Shown here piece by piece: positions 12,425 through 25,858 of a DNA stretch of 64,000 nt. The stretch comes from Azolla caroliniana (taxonomy: Eukaryota > Plantae > Polypodiophyta), in NCBI GenBank assembly GCA_043228905.1, contig JBHGNT010000002.1, positions 9,858,001-9,922,000 on the forward strand, written 5' to 3'. The notes beneath the pieces were generated by a model. That model did not search any database. It worked only from the letters and a program-made list of their open reading frames with translations, and was not told the origin of the DNA. A program made the position numbers and the translations under genes. How positions within the stretch are numbered: the stretch's first letter is position 1; each line of letters starts with the position of its first letter.

Positions 12425-15345
12425 AAAATTCGGAAAGCATGGCCTCTGATCGTCACCTCCAAGTCCCGGATCAACCCGACCGGACGGACTGAGCTGGTGT
12501 CCGCCATCCGGAGCCAGAATGGGCATGGTTCCCACTCCTGAATTCCCAAAGTGTCGCATGTCCGGAGGCTTATCACGTTTAATCCTGATCCTCCAACGAC
12601 TATCGTACCTGGTAGCTCCCGTCCTTTAATAATCGCAGTGATTGCCAGATTATTGGTGTCCACCACTACCAGTCCTTCCTCCGGATTTGAAAAGAATGTC
12701 GGAGCCGGTGTAGGACTTAACGGAGCCAACGCCGATTTCAACCCGTCTGTGAATCGGGGCAATAGTTGCAATAACCGGCCCAATGGTAACGTGATTTGGC
12801 ATTCCTGAAGTGCTTGCCACGTGGGGTTCTCCGGCTGTGCCTTTACGATGAATTCCTCCACTGCATTCATGAGCTCCTTCATTTCGGTGACATTGCATTC
12901 GTTGGCCTTTTCAATTCATTCGGTGGTCTGTTTTCGTATGGCCTCCTGTGCTTCCCACTCCGCCGTCTTTCTTTTTGATCTAGTGGTGACTTGCTATATA
13001 TCCGCTACTTCTACTTCCACCATATTGACTGTCGGTCATTTTTCGTTACTTTTAACCAGACATTGGTTGCTGTAATGGCCTTCCTGGCGGCAATAGTAAC
13101 AATACGCCTTCCGGGTATTGCTAGATTCTGCTTTTGGCCTGGTACCCAGTTGAAATCTCATTACCACTCAGTTACATTCTTTTGTTCTTCTTTGTTCCGA
13201 TTGGGCGCTACTTATGCCTCTATCCGTCTCGCGTTGGTACTCCTTTGCTGGCTCCCTACGATCCTCAATCCGAGAGTTCCATTTCTTAATAAAGCATCAG
13301 TTGTTCTTGTAACCTTGCCAGTGCCGGTCTTCGTAGTCTCCTCATTGATCCTCTTTCCTCCGATTGTAGCTTGGAGAGTAATCGCGATCATACCGGTCAC
13401 CGTTATAATCTTGGTTCCTATAGTATTGGTCCTGGTCATAATCATCCCTTCTCCGGTCGTAATCCGGGGAGTCGTCCCGTTCATTCCAATCTCGGTTGTA
13501 GCCTTCCCTGCGTCGGTCGTCACGATCGCGCCCATAGTCGTCGCGTCTTTTATCATTGTACCGATGCCCACGTTCTGGTTGGTATTGGTCCTCCCTTCGG
13601 AACCGTACGTCGTCCAGTTCGTGACTGCTACGTGGTTCAATGTTCCGCACTGGTGCCTCTTGTCGACAGAGCAGGTTATACTCGCATCGGTCCATTGTGT
13701 GTGCTTGTGAGTGGCAGATCATACATTGCGTCCTCATTGTGCAGTCTACCGTCGAATGGCCTGGGTTTAGACATATTGTGCATTGCAACGCCTGGCAAAA
13801 CCTGAGATCCTCCTGATTTGGAAGGGCCCTCTACAGGGCTCCCATCGTCATCAGGGAGCTATGTTTATCCATTTCCAGCACCCGATCGATGACTTGATCC
13901 ATTGTCCTGGCCTGGAAATCTAGTACCCCAAACATCGTTCAGAGGGGTTCCCGTAGAGTGGCCAGAAACACCACTTCGCCTCCTCCTCCGGAGGTGCCCT
14001 TGTTAACTAGTTGTGTAGTGTTTGAAATCGGATGATAAATTGGGGCACTGTCTCCTGCTCCTCTTGGTGGGTTGTGTAAAACTGACCGACTAGTTCGCAT
14101 TGTTCCACTTGCCTATGGAATAGTTGCAGGAATTTTGTTTTCAAGGCCTCAAATGTGGCAAAGTTGTTAGGTAGGTACTTTAAATGCTAGCAGGCCACTG
14201 GTTCCTCTAATGTCATGCCGAATTCGGCATATTTTTACCGTTCAGCATCGGGTTTGGTCAGCCTTTGGGACACATGATTCACTTCCCATGTCTGTAGGAA
14301 CGCATATAGACGTGTGCCTCCGCGTCAGGGTCATCACGGTACTTCGGATATGGGTATGGCATGGTGTAGTCTTCGGAAAGTTGTACCGGAGATGTGTGGT
14401 CTAGTTCTTGCTCTGCGGGTGGTGTTGGTGCATAGTTTTCCGCTTTCTCCCCAGGTGGTGTCGATGAGCCGTCCGATTCGTTGTCCTCCAGATTGTCCAG
14501 ACTATCATGGGTTCTTTTGTAATTTGACTGAAATCTCTATTCACTATCCGATTCCAACTCGAAGGCCGAGAATGCCTCCGAGTCTCCGTTGCCTGCGGCA
14601 AGCGTCCCCAGTCACGATTCTACCTCTTGCAGGCTCGTCAAACTACTGCCCGCGTCAGAAAGTTGTTGTTTTTGGAGCTGAAGTTCTTCTTTCGCGATCC
14701 TCCGAAGCACTCTGGGAAAAGACTGATCCTGTCGGATCTCCTCGGCCGCTTGTTGGAAGGCTTCCCGCCTTTGTTGTCTTGCGGCTAGTCTTCTTCCTTA
14801 TTCAATGACTTGGCCGTTAGTCGGTCGAGACATCCATCCCCCGGTGTTCTCTGCTCACTGCAGGAATCATGGTCACCAAAATCTGTGTTATCCTTTAGGC
14901 TAGACAAGCCCTAACACAGGGTGTCCCTATGGAACACTTCACCAACGGGTGGTACGGTGAGATATGGATAGACCGTGGTATTGATTGGACCTTAATCGGC
15001 ACTTTTAATGATCGTAACACACACATAAGATTAATTATATTAAGCATAGAACGGTAACCAAATAGACACTAAACAATACGTAAAATAGTAGCGCTTCTAT
15101 TAATTATCCGTCCCTGATTACATTCTTGATGGGTCCTTTTATAGGTCTCCGGCTGAGTTACAAACCGGTGCCAACCGGCAACTGGCAACGATCCAGTCCG
15201 GATCCAAATCTGCATACCAATTTTGGATCCGTCCACCCGCTTCTCAAAATAACATAATACTTATTAATTACAACTCCCTATCCCTAATTAAATACCCCTT
15301 TCACATTCTGGACTCTAACCAGCCCTTTGGCCTTGCTGACCAACA
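12425..15345 (-). mobile_element. Second Gypsy-1 copy (Gypsy-1b): 5' LTR 14884-15345, PBS, gag and protease N-terminus; 3'-truncated
   Basis: Colinear homologue of ~8965-11937 with the same gag knuckles and protease. Confidence 0.9.
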
Positions 15346-16686
15346 CCTCTTCTCTCCGAAATCTTCTTCGGTTCAGGTCCGTCGGCTCCCCGTTTAGATT
15401 TCCGGAAGCGTCAGCAATTCTTTTGGAAATGCCTTGGCTTTCTGCAATAAAAGCAAGTGGGTCTTCCCCTTGACTTCAACCTCGTCCACGATTTGTCCTG
15501 GTTTTGGGGACTCCAATATCAGCCTCTTCCCCGATTATGGTCATCTTCCGTGACCAAGGCCTTCGGATCGGTTCCGGACTCCCGATGCTTCTGGCGAGCT
15601 TCTTCATCTAGAAAACTTGATTTTACCCTTGCTAGGGGCAATTGCTTTCTGTCTAGCCCAGCGTTGCCTAACGTGACAACTAGCGTCTCCCAATAATCCG
15701 GGAGGGAACCGAGCAGGAGCAATGGAAGTACCTCATCCATACTGGAGCTGTCATACTGGAGCCGTCTTGGTACCGGAGCCTCACTAACTTCCGGAATACC
15801 GAAACCCAATTAACGAAAACTTTGTTCTGGAACATGATGCCGAGCTTCTCCCAGAGTTCATGAGCCTTACTTTCTTCATTGAAGTTGTTGTACATGCTCA
15901 TGTCAACGAAGCACCGGATGTACGTCGTCGTCTTCATGTACATCACCTCCCATTGTCATGGCATCGATCTTGTCTGGTTTCTTGTCCCCGAATTATACCG
16001 GAAACCAGAGATCTTTGACCATGATCATGTCCCTCATCTTTGACTTCCACACTGGTAAGTTGGAACTGGTGAGCTTGAACATGCCGTCGAATGATTCTTC
16101 AAATTCCTTTGTTCGTTTTGATACCGGTTTGTGCGGAAATAATGTGTGGGGAAATAACGCTCGGCTACAACCGAGTCTTCGACAAGGAATAGAAGAGAAC
16201 AAATTGAAACTAAGATGACACAAAATTTTTACGTGGAAAACCCTAAATGGGGAAAAACCACGGGAGCCCACGAACTCCGAACTATCACTATATGAGAGGG
16301 AATACAAAGTGGAAACACTGAGGCAACGACCTCGTGCTCGCGATCTTCACCAGACGGCAGTTACAATAGAAAGTGCTCGTAGCTACTCTCTCGTCTCTCT
16401 CTCTCTCTCTCTCTCTCTCTGTACAACAATAATAACCACCACACCTGTGATTGCCCTAAGTCATATTTATACTCATATGACCTTAGGGCTATTTACAAAT
16501 ATACCCTCAATGGGCTTACTCTAACATATTTACAAATATGTCCTTAGATCCTGTTTGCACTGGATCCATCTGGACTCACCCGATCGGGTTTCCGGGGCTC
16601 ATCCGGAACCCTTCTAGATCTAGTTCCTTCATCCGGCTCGTCCGGTTTTACTCCAGATCCCATCCGGAGGGACCGAATTCCCAACA
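15346..16686 (-). mobile_element. Copia 5' fragment: LTR 16130-16686, degenerate PBS and gag
   Basis: Gag motifs MFKLTSSNLPVWKSKMRD, SLPDYWETLVVTL and knuckle CFYCRKPRHF; LTR TG...CCAACA. Confidence 0.85.
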
Positions 16687-16910
16687 CCGACTTATCTACC
16701 GAACACAGCAAGGTCATTCACATAGATGATGAACAAGAAAACATGTCGATGCAGGTATCAGAGCATCTACGCTGATGCCTGAAGACAAAACTGCTCAAAG
16801 GCTACCTTCGAGTAGCCTACAATGAACCTCATCCTTAAGCAGAAGAGGTAATCAAGGAAATCGACAGATTCAACAAAATCACGAACAAACAGGTGCGTCG
16901 ATCCTGGAAT

Positions 16911-17630
16911 CATAGAACGTAATAAACGTGTTCGTGCAAGCATTCAAACGTTTGAATACGTTTGAAAACGAACACGTTTGAAAAGGGAAACGTGCGTACT
17001 CCTTTTTTTCTATTTTTTCATTTATTATTATTATAAAATAGTTTACCCTAGTGGTATATTGTCATGCTTTTGTTGTCTATGTCTTGGATTCAATTCCCGA
17101 TTATCTCATATCATAGAAATTTTTTATGTTAGTATATTCTTCTTTTTTTCTTTATTAATAGAAATTAGCTCAACCTAGTTGTAAGTTGTCGTGCTACTAT
17201 TGTTTATGTCTTGGGTTCAATTCTATTTTCTCATGTAACACACTCTCATTAGTGTCATGTCATGGCAAAATTTTATGTTAGTGTCATGTTCCTTTTTTTT
17301 CTTTTTTTCTTTATTCTTTTTTATTAGAAATTAGTTCACCCTAGTGGTAAGTTGTTATGCTACTACTGCTTATGTCATGTTTTCTTCATATTCTCGAATA
17401 TACATTTTATGAGTTTTTGAACATTTGATTATAATTTATAATGACATATTTTGATTCAATCTCTATAGTTCATACTCATTTTTTTGTAAAGTTCTAAAGT
17501 GAGGAGGATAGAGATGTCTTGATTCTTAAGAAGCATCCCAAAGGTATGCATGTGATACAATGCACATATTGCAACCATACTTATGTTGGTGGTTCACAAT
17601 GGATTAGAGTCCATTTATTGGGATTGAGAT
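16911..17630 (+). mobile_element. hAT-like DNA transposon 5' fragment (subterminal repeats and BED zinc finger remnant)
   Basis: Clustered aaacgt/acgttt subterminal repeats at 16920-16995; ORF 17519 has a BED-like IQCTYCNHTYVGGSQWIRVHLLG. Confidence 0.55.
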
Positions 17631-17696
17631 TGAATCAATATATAATAAAGACCATAGTCAATCCAATCCAACTTCGATATGATTTACCATACACGT

Positions 17697-18342
17697 TGTC
17701 GTGTTGTTTCACTTTCTGTGGGAAATAAGGCGGGGGCCCTAAACCGAGGAGCAAGAGAAAGAAGAGGAAGGAAGAAGCACAGTCACGGAAAAGGGGAGAC
17801 ACACAGAAACACAGATAGACGAAAAACAGGAGATTCAATTTCAATGTAAGTAACGATTACGGTGTTTGCAAGATTACAACCGGATACCCGGCGACAGACC
17901 CAACCTAGACAATCACACACCCACGCACACACGCAGGAGAGCCTTTGCCGAAAGCACACCGGCTTTCCTCAAAGCAGAGGCAACCGACTTAGAAAGCCTG
18001 CAGAGAATAACGATAGATAGAGGAGGAGAGAGCTCGGTTCCCAATCCGACAGCACCTCGTCTTTGCCCAAAACACAATACCCTTCTCGGTCTTCTTCCCT
18101 TCCCTTTTATAGGCCGTTGGGGAGGGACCGTTACACCCTGGTCACATCACTTTTATTCTCTATCCCTTCGGACAAATATCTGCTTCGATTCACTAGCCTA
18201 TTAATAAATTCTTCTTAGGATATTCTCATCAGCCTACCTATTCCTCATTATGTACTCCCTATCAATACTTATGCTCATGCGTAAGGGCCGGTTCACGCGC
18301 CTTTTTCACCAATTCCACCTAAGGCCAGTTTTCTTCACGACA
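17697..18342 (-). repeat. 3' LTR of Gypsy-2
   Basis: Direct repeat of 25859-26495. Confidence 0.92.
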
Positions 18343-21074
18343 TCCACCCCCACCAAACCGCGCATCCACCCGCATGTGCCAGAGAGGGACAAATGTTGGA
18401 GAAAACCGGCTCGTGTTACCCGTCGCGCTCCGAAACTTCATCCGCTCCGAGCCGGTTTTCATCGTCGCCCTCGCTTCTCGGGTCCCGTTCGTCTTCATGC
18501 CACTTCTTGAAAGCCATGATCCTCTTCTCAACTACCGGCACCGCTATCCACGTCCCATCAAGCTCCGCAAGGTGGTAAGTACCGTTGTTGTTTGCACTTG
18601 TTACCGTGTAGGGCACGAACCACCTCCTCGCAAACTTCCACGTCGCCTTGTGCTAATTGTCGAGGTTGTTGTCATAAACCAGCACCCAGTCGCCTTCCTC
18701 GATCTTCTCCGGTGCGTTCGATTGAACCGGACTTTGTTCCTTTCCCTCGCAATATGCAGCTTCGCCTTTGCCCGCTCCACGTCCTCCGGTCTTCGCTCGA
18801 GCTGTCGAATCCACGCCGCCAGTAGCTCTTCCCAGCTCATCTCGTCTCTCAAGTTCATTGCGGCCCATGAGGAGATCGTCCATTCAATCGGCATGACCGG
18901 CTTCTTCCCGTACATCAGCTCCACCAGCATGAACCCGGTTACCGAACTATGCGTAGTTCGGTCTGCCCATAACACGTAAGGCAAAAGCCACGGCCATTGT
19001 GCATCCGGAAACCATACCAAGGATCGGTACGCAGTCCATCTCGATTATCACCTCCGTCCTGATCAAGTAGTCTTTATCGGCCTTGACTGCCAAAACGATA
19101 CCCTAGAGTTCGCGTTTAATTTCGGTGTATCCTCGTTGTCGCTCACTCAACACCTTTGCTACAAACTGGATGGGGAACCTCTTGCCGATTTCGTCCTCCT
19201 GGTTGACCACCCATCCTATTCCGGTTGGGCTTGTGTCTACCGTAATGTAGATTTGGACGTCCTTACCGTAAACCGCTTTCCGGAGTGCCAATGTCGCGGT
19301 TAGCGCCTCCTTCTATCTATGAACTGACTCTGCATGCTCCTTGCCCCACTCAAATTTACGTCCATTCTTCAGCAACCCGTAGAGCGGTTGATGTGTGCGT
19401 AATACGGAATCCAGATATGGTAGAACGTGCACGCGCCTAGGAACCTCCACACCTCTATAACCGACTTGCATTCTTCCTTCATCACGGAGATGGCTTCTAC
19501 CTTTGCCGGAGACGGCTTCCGGCCGTAAAGCCCGCACAATTTCCCAACCACTAGGATCTCTGACTACCCAAAAGCCGATTTCTCCCCGGAGAAGGTGAGT
19601 CGCGCGTCCTCAAGTCTTTGAAGCACCTTCTCGCAGTCGCCGATGTGGTCCACTACGAATCTTCGGCATCCATCCAGCCCAACCGTTTCGTCCTTCTCTC
19701 CCACCAGACACCCTTTTATCGGGATGTCATCCAAGAACGGCATGGTGATGTCCAGGATGCAGTCCCTCGGCACCTTGTTCATCGCATTCACCATGTGTGC
19801 CACCGAGTTGGTCCCTCCCTGTGGTAGGGTACACATCTGCCCCAGGCCGAGAGGAGTCCGCATCGTCTGATGTCCCTGCTCTCCATGGCTAGTCTAAACT
19901 GATCTTACCCTAAGTACAGATCCTCGACCGAATAGATCGACCTTTTGGTGAAGGCCTCCGCGAACTCGTCAATGGTTGGTCTAACACCTGCGTTCTGAAT
20001 GGTCACCTTGCGGTAGGTCCTGAATAAAGCGCAACGTGTCGTTCTTCTTCGGCATAGTAAACCACCGATTTGAATATGGGGCACTCGACGGCTCGAGGAT
20101 GCCCATCTCCACCTTTTGCTTCAGCAGCTCCATCAACTCAAAGATGTGAGCTCTGGGTACCAGAATCGGCTTGAGATTCCACGGCACATGCCGTACCGTG
20201 AAGATCACCATTGGTTCCATGATTGTCGGGTCTACGCACCCGATCTCCCCCGGCGCGAATGCGAAGGCCCTCCCATGCCTTCCGAGCATTCTCCGAAACC
20301 GGTCCTCCTCCGCCGGCAATAGAAAGCCACCCCCACCGACCTTAAGCTCCCGTAGCGTTATGTCGGTGAACCGGTGTCCTATGCCAGCCGGATTCCGTAA
20401 ACTTGGGTCCAACACGACCCCCTTTTTCCGCTCCCCGCTGCCCTCCGGCAAGGGAGCCGCAATTGGCCTCACCTTCCGGTCCACAATCTTGTACTTTGTA
20501 TCTACGCATGTCGTCCGATCTGACCTGACCCCTTTCCCGAAGTCAGCAATAACTTCGTACATTTCCACCGAGTTGACAAGAATCACTCAGTCTTCACTGG
20601 GCCTTCATCGATCACCTTTCCCATTTCCCGCAAGGTGTCGTTGAAAGAGACCGCCTCCACGGAGCTGCTAATTTCCTCATCGGGGCAAAGGACTCCGCAC
20701 TCTCTGAAACGTTCCTTGGCCTTCTTCTTCTCCCGGCCACTAAAAACCTCCGTTATCGGAGACCCAAAACTTCCTACCTATAGTACACTTGTGGGGTTCT
20801 GCCGGAGTGTCTAGAGTATCACGGCCCCACGCCTTGATAGCCCTCTTTAAAAATCCCCTCGGTTGTCGCCACCGAGGGTCTCGCGACTACGCTCGTGGTT
20901 CGGCCGCACAGTCAGAAATTGGACGGAGTGCCGCCCATCTTGGCTCTTCACGCGTGTGTACGCCAAACCGTTATCCAACACCTTTGTCTCCATGCGTGCC
21001 GCCGTAATGTATGATTCGCTAGGTATCACCGGGTGCGAGGATGTCTCGTGCACGAAGAAGTGCTGATCAATCTC

Positions 21075-24000
21075 TATAAAAAAGAATAGTATACGGAAGC
21101 AATAGAAAACCGAACACAGAAACGCAGGTTTAATGGAGAGCTTGAATATACACAGTACGCGGGAGAGACAGACAAAGAGAGAGAATGCACACAAACTCTA
21201 TTAAAAAATAATACACAGTCTCTACATAGGATGTGCTTAGTGAGGACTTTTATACAAGTCCATACGGACTGACAGAAGTACTGACACATACTTCAATGCT
21301 CATCAGTGAACTCTACACTAACTCCCAAAATATATTCCTACGCGTAATATCTTTCCAATGGCCTCGTGGTTTACGCACCGCTACTGCTTCTCGTTGTGCA
21401 CCGGTTTACGCACCAGGTCAAGCCTAACCGATCGATTCCAACCGATCCGGTTCTCAGCTTGCACAGCCGATACGGCCAATGTTGAGCTTGTATCTCAACA
21501 CTCCCCCTCAAGCTCAACCTGAGGTTCCATCCGCTCTTACGGATCTACGCTCCAGTTCCTTCTGGCTTCACGCCTTGCTCGCGCTCCTCGACCTGTTCAA
21601 TTTTGTGTGTCTCGACCCTTCCGGTCGTCTTGCGTGCTCATGCGGCCCTTCTCAGCTCCATTGTTTTTGTGGTGTTGGCGCTTCTTTTGCTGCCTTCTCT
21701 TCCGTTTGGCCCTCAATTGATTCGTCGTATCTAAATCAAACATCTGAACCGACTCGGCTTCCTCCGATCGATTTTCGCTTTCGTCCGAGTTGGCTGTCTC
21801 CAACTTGTCTTCGGTCTGATGGCTTCGTCTCCCCCATGGTTGGTTGGTTACGGCTCTTTCTTTTGACTGCTCCCCTTATGTCCACTTTCGGAATCTTCCG
21901 CGGATCCGTCTTGGGCTTCTTCAACCGATCCGAAATCGAATTCGTCATCCAACTCGGCGTCACAGTCTTCCGGAACTTCTCTCCCCCTTCCATGGTCATT
22001 CAGAACGTCTCTCCCCCTCAAGTTCGGCACGTCGAGGTGACGCAACCCAAGCACACCCGAGAATTGTCATAACTTGTCCAGTCCAAGAGGCTTGGTGAAA
22101 ATGTCGGCGGTCTGCCGATCCGTCGGAACATATTGAAGTTCGACTTCACCGGAGAGGACACGCTCACGGATGAAATGCTAGTGCACCTCAATGTGCTTAG
22201 TCCGGGCGTGGAAGACGGGGTTCTTTGCTAGCTAGATGCTACTGAGGTTGTTGCAGTAGATTGTAGTTGGATCGGATACCTCCGCCTGCAGATCCTTAAG
22301 TAGCCGCTTCAACCATATGGTTTCACATGTCGCGACATCCGCTTCTCTATACTCGGCTTTGGTGCTCGATAGCACAACTGTCGGCTACTTCTTGCTACTC
22401 CATGAGATCATGGCACTCCCAAGAGAGAACGCAAAACCGGACGTGGATCGGCGATCGGCAACATTGTCGGCCCAGTCGGCATCGGTGTAGTCGACCAACT
22501 ATGGGGCTATACCGGTCCAATATAGTAGCCCCCGGTCCTTATTGCCGCTTAGTACCCCAGTACGCGTTGCGCACACTGAAGATGCTCCTCGGTAGGTTGC
22601 GCCATGAATTGACTAATCACCCCAATCGGGTGGCTAAGATCTAGTCGGGTGATGGTCAAGTATATAAGGCTTCCAACTATCTGTCGGAACCTCGTCGGGT
22701 CGCATACCTTTCCGGAATTGGGGCGAAGCTTGACGGTTCTACCCAGAGGAGTCGAGACGGACTTACAGTCGGCCATCCAAAATTTGAAGAGCATACTCAA
22801 CACATAATGTCGTTGGCTAATCAGTATGCCTTCGGGGGTGCGGATCACTTCGATCCCGAGGAAGTAATTGTTAGGATCTCGGTCCCTCCGAAAGGGATAC
22901 GAAGGCCCGGCATCAGAAGACCCGATGAGAACCGGATGTGGAGTACCCGGCAATGGAAGACCCGTTGAGAACCGGATGACGAGTACCCGGCAAGGAATAC
23001 CCGGCGAGAACCAGATGTTGCAAGCCCAGTGAGAACCTCTCATCGGATGGAAGGGACATATATGTAAATATGTTCCAGAGAGCCCACTGGGGCTATATTT
23101 GTAAATAGCCTGAAAGTCATATTAGTATAAATATGACCTAGGGCAAACTCAAAAGATGATGATAGAGTTATTGGTGTAACTCTTGTACAGTGCGTAAGAG
23201 AGAGAGAGAGAGAGAGAGCGCACGATATACAGAGATTGTGTCTCTGTTGTAACCACTGCTAGGCGAAGATTGTGAGCAAGAGGTCGTTGCCTCTGTGCTC
23301 CCTGTTGTACTCCTTGACATAGTGATAGTTTGGAGTCTGTGGACTCCCGTGGCTTTTTCGTCTCAGGGTTTTCCACGTTAACATCCTGTGTATTCTCTTT
23401 TTGTTTGTGTACTTACCTCCATTCCCATTTCTTCTGTGTTTGATTGTCATCAAGCGATCTACGCTTCAGTTGTGGCCGGAGATTATTCCACATATTTCTC
23501 GTCAATAATGAAGGTCCCCCAGATCCTTCATGTCAAATGATGTCGCAAGCTGGAGCTTCACGCGGTTAATCTCACCAAGGTCGGCACCGGTGATGACCAA
23601 GTCATCAACATAAAGTAAAATGCTAACCGGCCCAAGTCGACCTTTCCAAATGAACAGTGAGGAGTCCAATTTTGACATCGCAAAGCCCATCCGACGCAAT
23701 CGTTGCGTGATCTTTGCATTCCAGGCACACGGGGCTTGCTTTAGTCCGTAAAGGGACTTCTTCAACCGGCACACCGCCGAGGTGTTCGTTCCGGAGCGAA
23801 ATCCGGGGAGTTGTACCATGTACACCTGTTCCTCAAGCTCACCTTGCATGAACGCATTCTTTACATCCATCTGATGTAAGTGCCACCCCTTCGCCGCAGC
23901 TACTGCAAGAAAAACGCGAACAATCGTCATCTTCGCGACCGGTGCAAACGTCTCATCATAGTCGATGTCGTGTTGCTGCACGTAGCCTTTCGCTACTAAC

Positions 24001-24265
24001 CGGGCCTTGTATCGGTTGACCGAGCCGTCAGTGTTGTACTTGACCATGTACACCCACCTACATCCGATCGGCTTCACACCTTTCGGTGCATCAACCAGGT
24101 CCCAGGTTTCATTCTCTGCCAACGCGTGCATCTCTTCCTCCATTGCGGCACGCCAATTCGCATCCTTCGTCGCTTCTGTGTAGCTCTCACGGGTCATGTA
24201 TGCATAGTGATGCGCCATGTACTCATTGTATCCGAACCGCACAACAGGGTTCTTCTAGCCGTTTA
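21075..24265 (-). mobile_element. Truncated Copia (family C): 3' LTR 21075-21500, pol tail, RNase H and RT; nested in Gypsy-2
   Basis: Homologous to 41251-43820; RT ORF 23502-24242 ([14 protein letters not shown]); 5' half lost. Confidence 0.9.
22869..23504 (+). repeat. Solo LTR (Tnt1/Tork-like family) inserted in the Copia RT
   Basis: TG...CA; TSD GTAAT/ATAAT; removing it restores DLHYFLGIEV; related to LTR 16130-16686 in opposite orientation. Confidence 0.85.
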
Positions 24266-25835
24266 CGCTTCACCAAGCCCACGATGGAATCGTGGAACTC
24301 CTTCTTGGCGATCCCAAGCACCTCCCTTAGTGAAAGCTCCACCTTGCTATCGAGAATCCGCTCCTCGAGGACCTTCCGTAGGTTCGTCTTCCTTTCGATT
24401 TCAGTGCTCAACCGGTAACCGGTCGGCCTTGCTTTGTCTGCCATGTGGGATTCCCGGCTTCATTCCTCTTCGGCCCGAACCGGGTCTCGTACCAATTCGG
24501 GGACGTGGTCCCACTGGCCTTCCCTACCCTCTTATCATCCACCAGAACTTTGTAGTTCTAGCACACAGCTTCCACGAAGCCGGTCTTCTCCTCCCTCAGG
24601 TCGTCCCACCCAGTGACCTCCCGGACCCGCTGCTCCGCGCGGTCTGCTTCTTCCCTCTTCAGTCGTGCGCCGGAGAGGCCTTCTAGCACCAAGGGTCAAA
24701 AGCTGGATTCTTTCGCTTTCTGGTCTTTGTTACCTCCTACCCGGACTCCGGCCAATGCCGAATAATGGATGGCTTCCGCATGGCGCGCCTCCGCTTCTTC
24801 CATTAACCGCTTCATCCCGTCGCGCCCGAATTTTGTCTCCACGGCTCTCAGGGTATCACCGACGTGCACCTGTCCGTGTAGCAGGTACACCACATTACCC
24901 CTGAGGGCCTCGGCAAACTCCATGCAATCTCACCGGTTGTGTCCGACTGCGTCACACTACATACACCATTGTCCAACCGGTGGCCTCCAGTCGCGTGGCT
25001 GCCCTCCACTATCTCTCCGGGCCTTCGCGATCTGCAAGTCGCACGGCATTTGTGTCAACCCCTCAAGAGCCGCTCCTCTGGATGGGCCCTTGACTACCTC
25101 GGTCGATGCCGAGCCCGTCTCAAGCCAATCCCGAGTTCCCTCTTTTCGTGCAGGCGAAGGCTCATCGAAGTTCTTTGTCGGGATGGGTCTCGCCACTGAC
25201 GATCCCCCACTCAAGTCGTTTGTCAAAACGGCTGCAGACTCCCTTCACCACGGCCCAATCGGCCGTCATCCCGTCATCCATCTCCGGGAGGAGACCCACT
25301 TGATCCCGATCCCTCACGTCCACCGCTTTGACAAACATCAGGACCCACCTCGTGTCTAGCACATTCCTGTCCAATGTCGAGATCCGTGCAAAGCATTCTT
25401 CGAACTCCCAAAGGAGCACCAACGCGTTCCTCCCCTTTTCGGGGGTCTCCAACCACTCCATGAAGTCTCACTTCGATAACCGAAGCACATCATCAAGCCT
25501 GTACCTTTCATGGAGCCGTGCTTCGAATTCTCCCCAGGTCTGGCATCCGGCCTGTACCTCGAGCACCTCTGCATGGATGCTCGATGTCGCCACCCGAGCA
25601 AACCCGGCCAAACGCCTATCCTCCAGAATGTCCCTCATCACCATCTCAGCCCGGTAGGCCTCCAAATAGCTTGTGGCGTCCTTTCCACCGAACCGGCCTA
25701 TCGTGTCGACAATTGCTTCAATGGCCTTGTCGAGGGCGCCCATGCCCTCGTGAGCACTTACTATCCGATCGACTGCTGCCGCCATGGCTTCGGCGAGCTC
25801 TAATCCCCTCATCTTCGACTCCTCTTCCGCCTTGT

Positions 25836-25853
25836 TTCACATCGGGTTCACCA
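25836..25853 (-). promoter_or_regulatory. Primer-binding site complementary to tRNA-Trp
   Basis: + strand ttcacatcgggttcacca versus the recalled plant tRNA-Trp 3' end TTCACGTCGGGTTCACCA (17/18). Confidence 0.8.
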
Positions 25854-25858
25854 AATAA

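Noticed and set aside
9527-14808. Long plus-strand hydrophobic ORFs (e.g. 10667-11482, 12991-13710)
   Set aside because: Antisense shadows of charged gag sequence; boundaries are not conserved between the two copies.
16753-16764. PBS-like ggtatcagagc
   Set aside because: No LTR end immediately upstream and no recognisable gag downstream.
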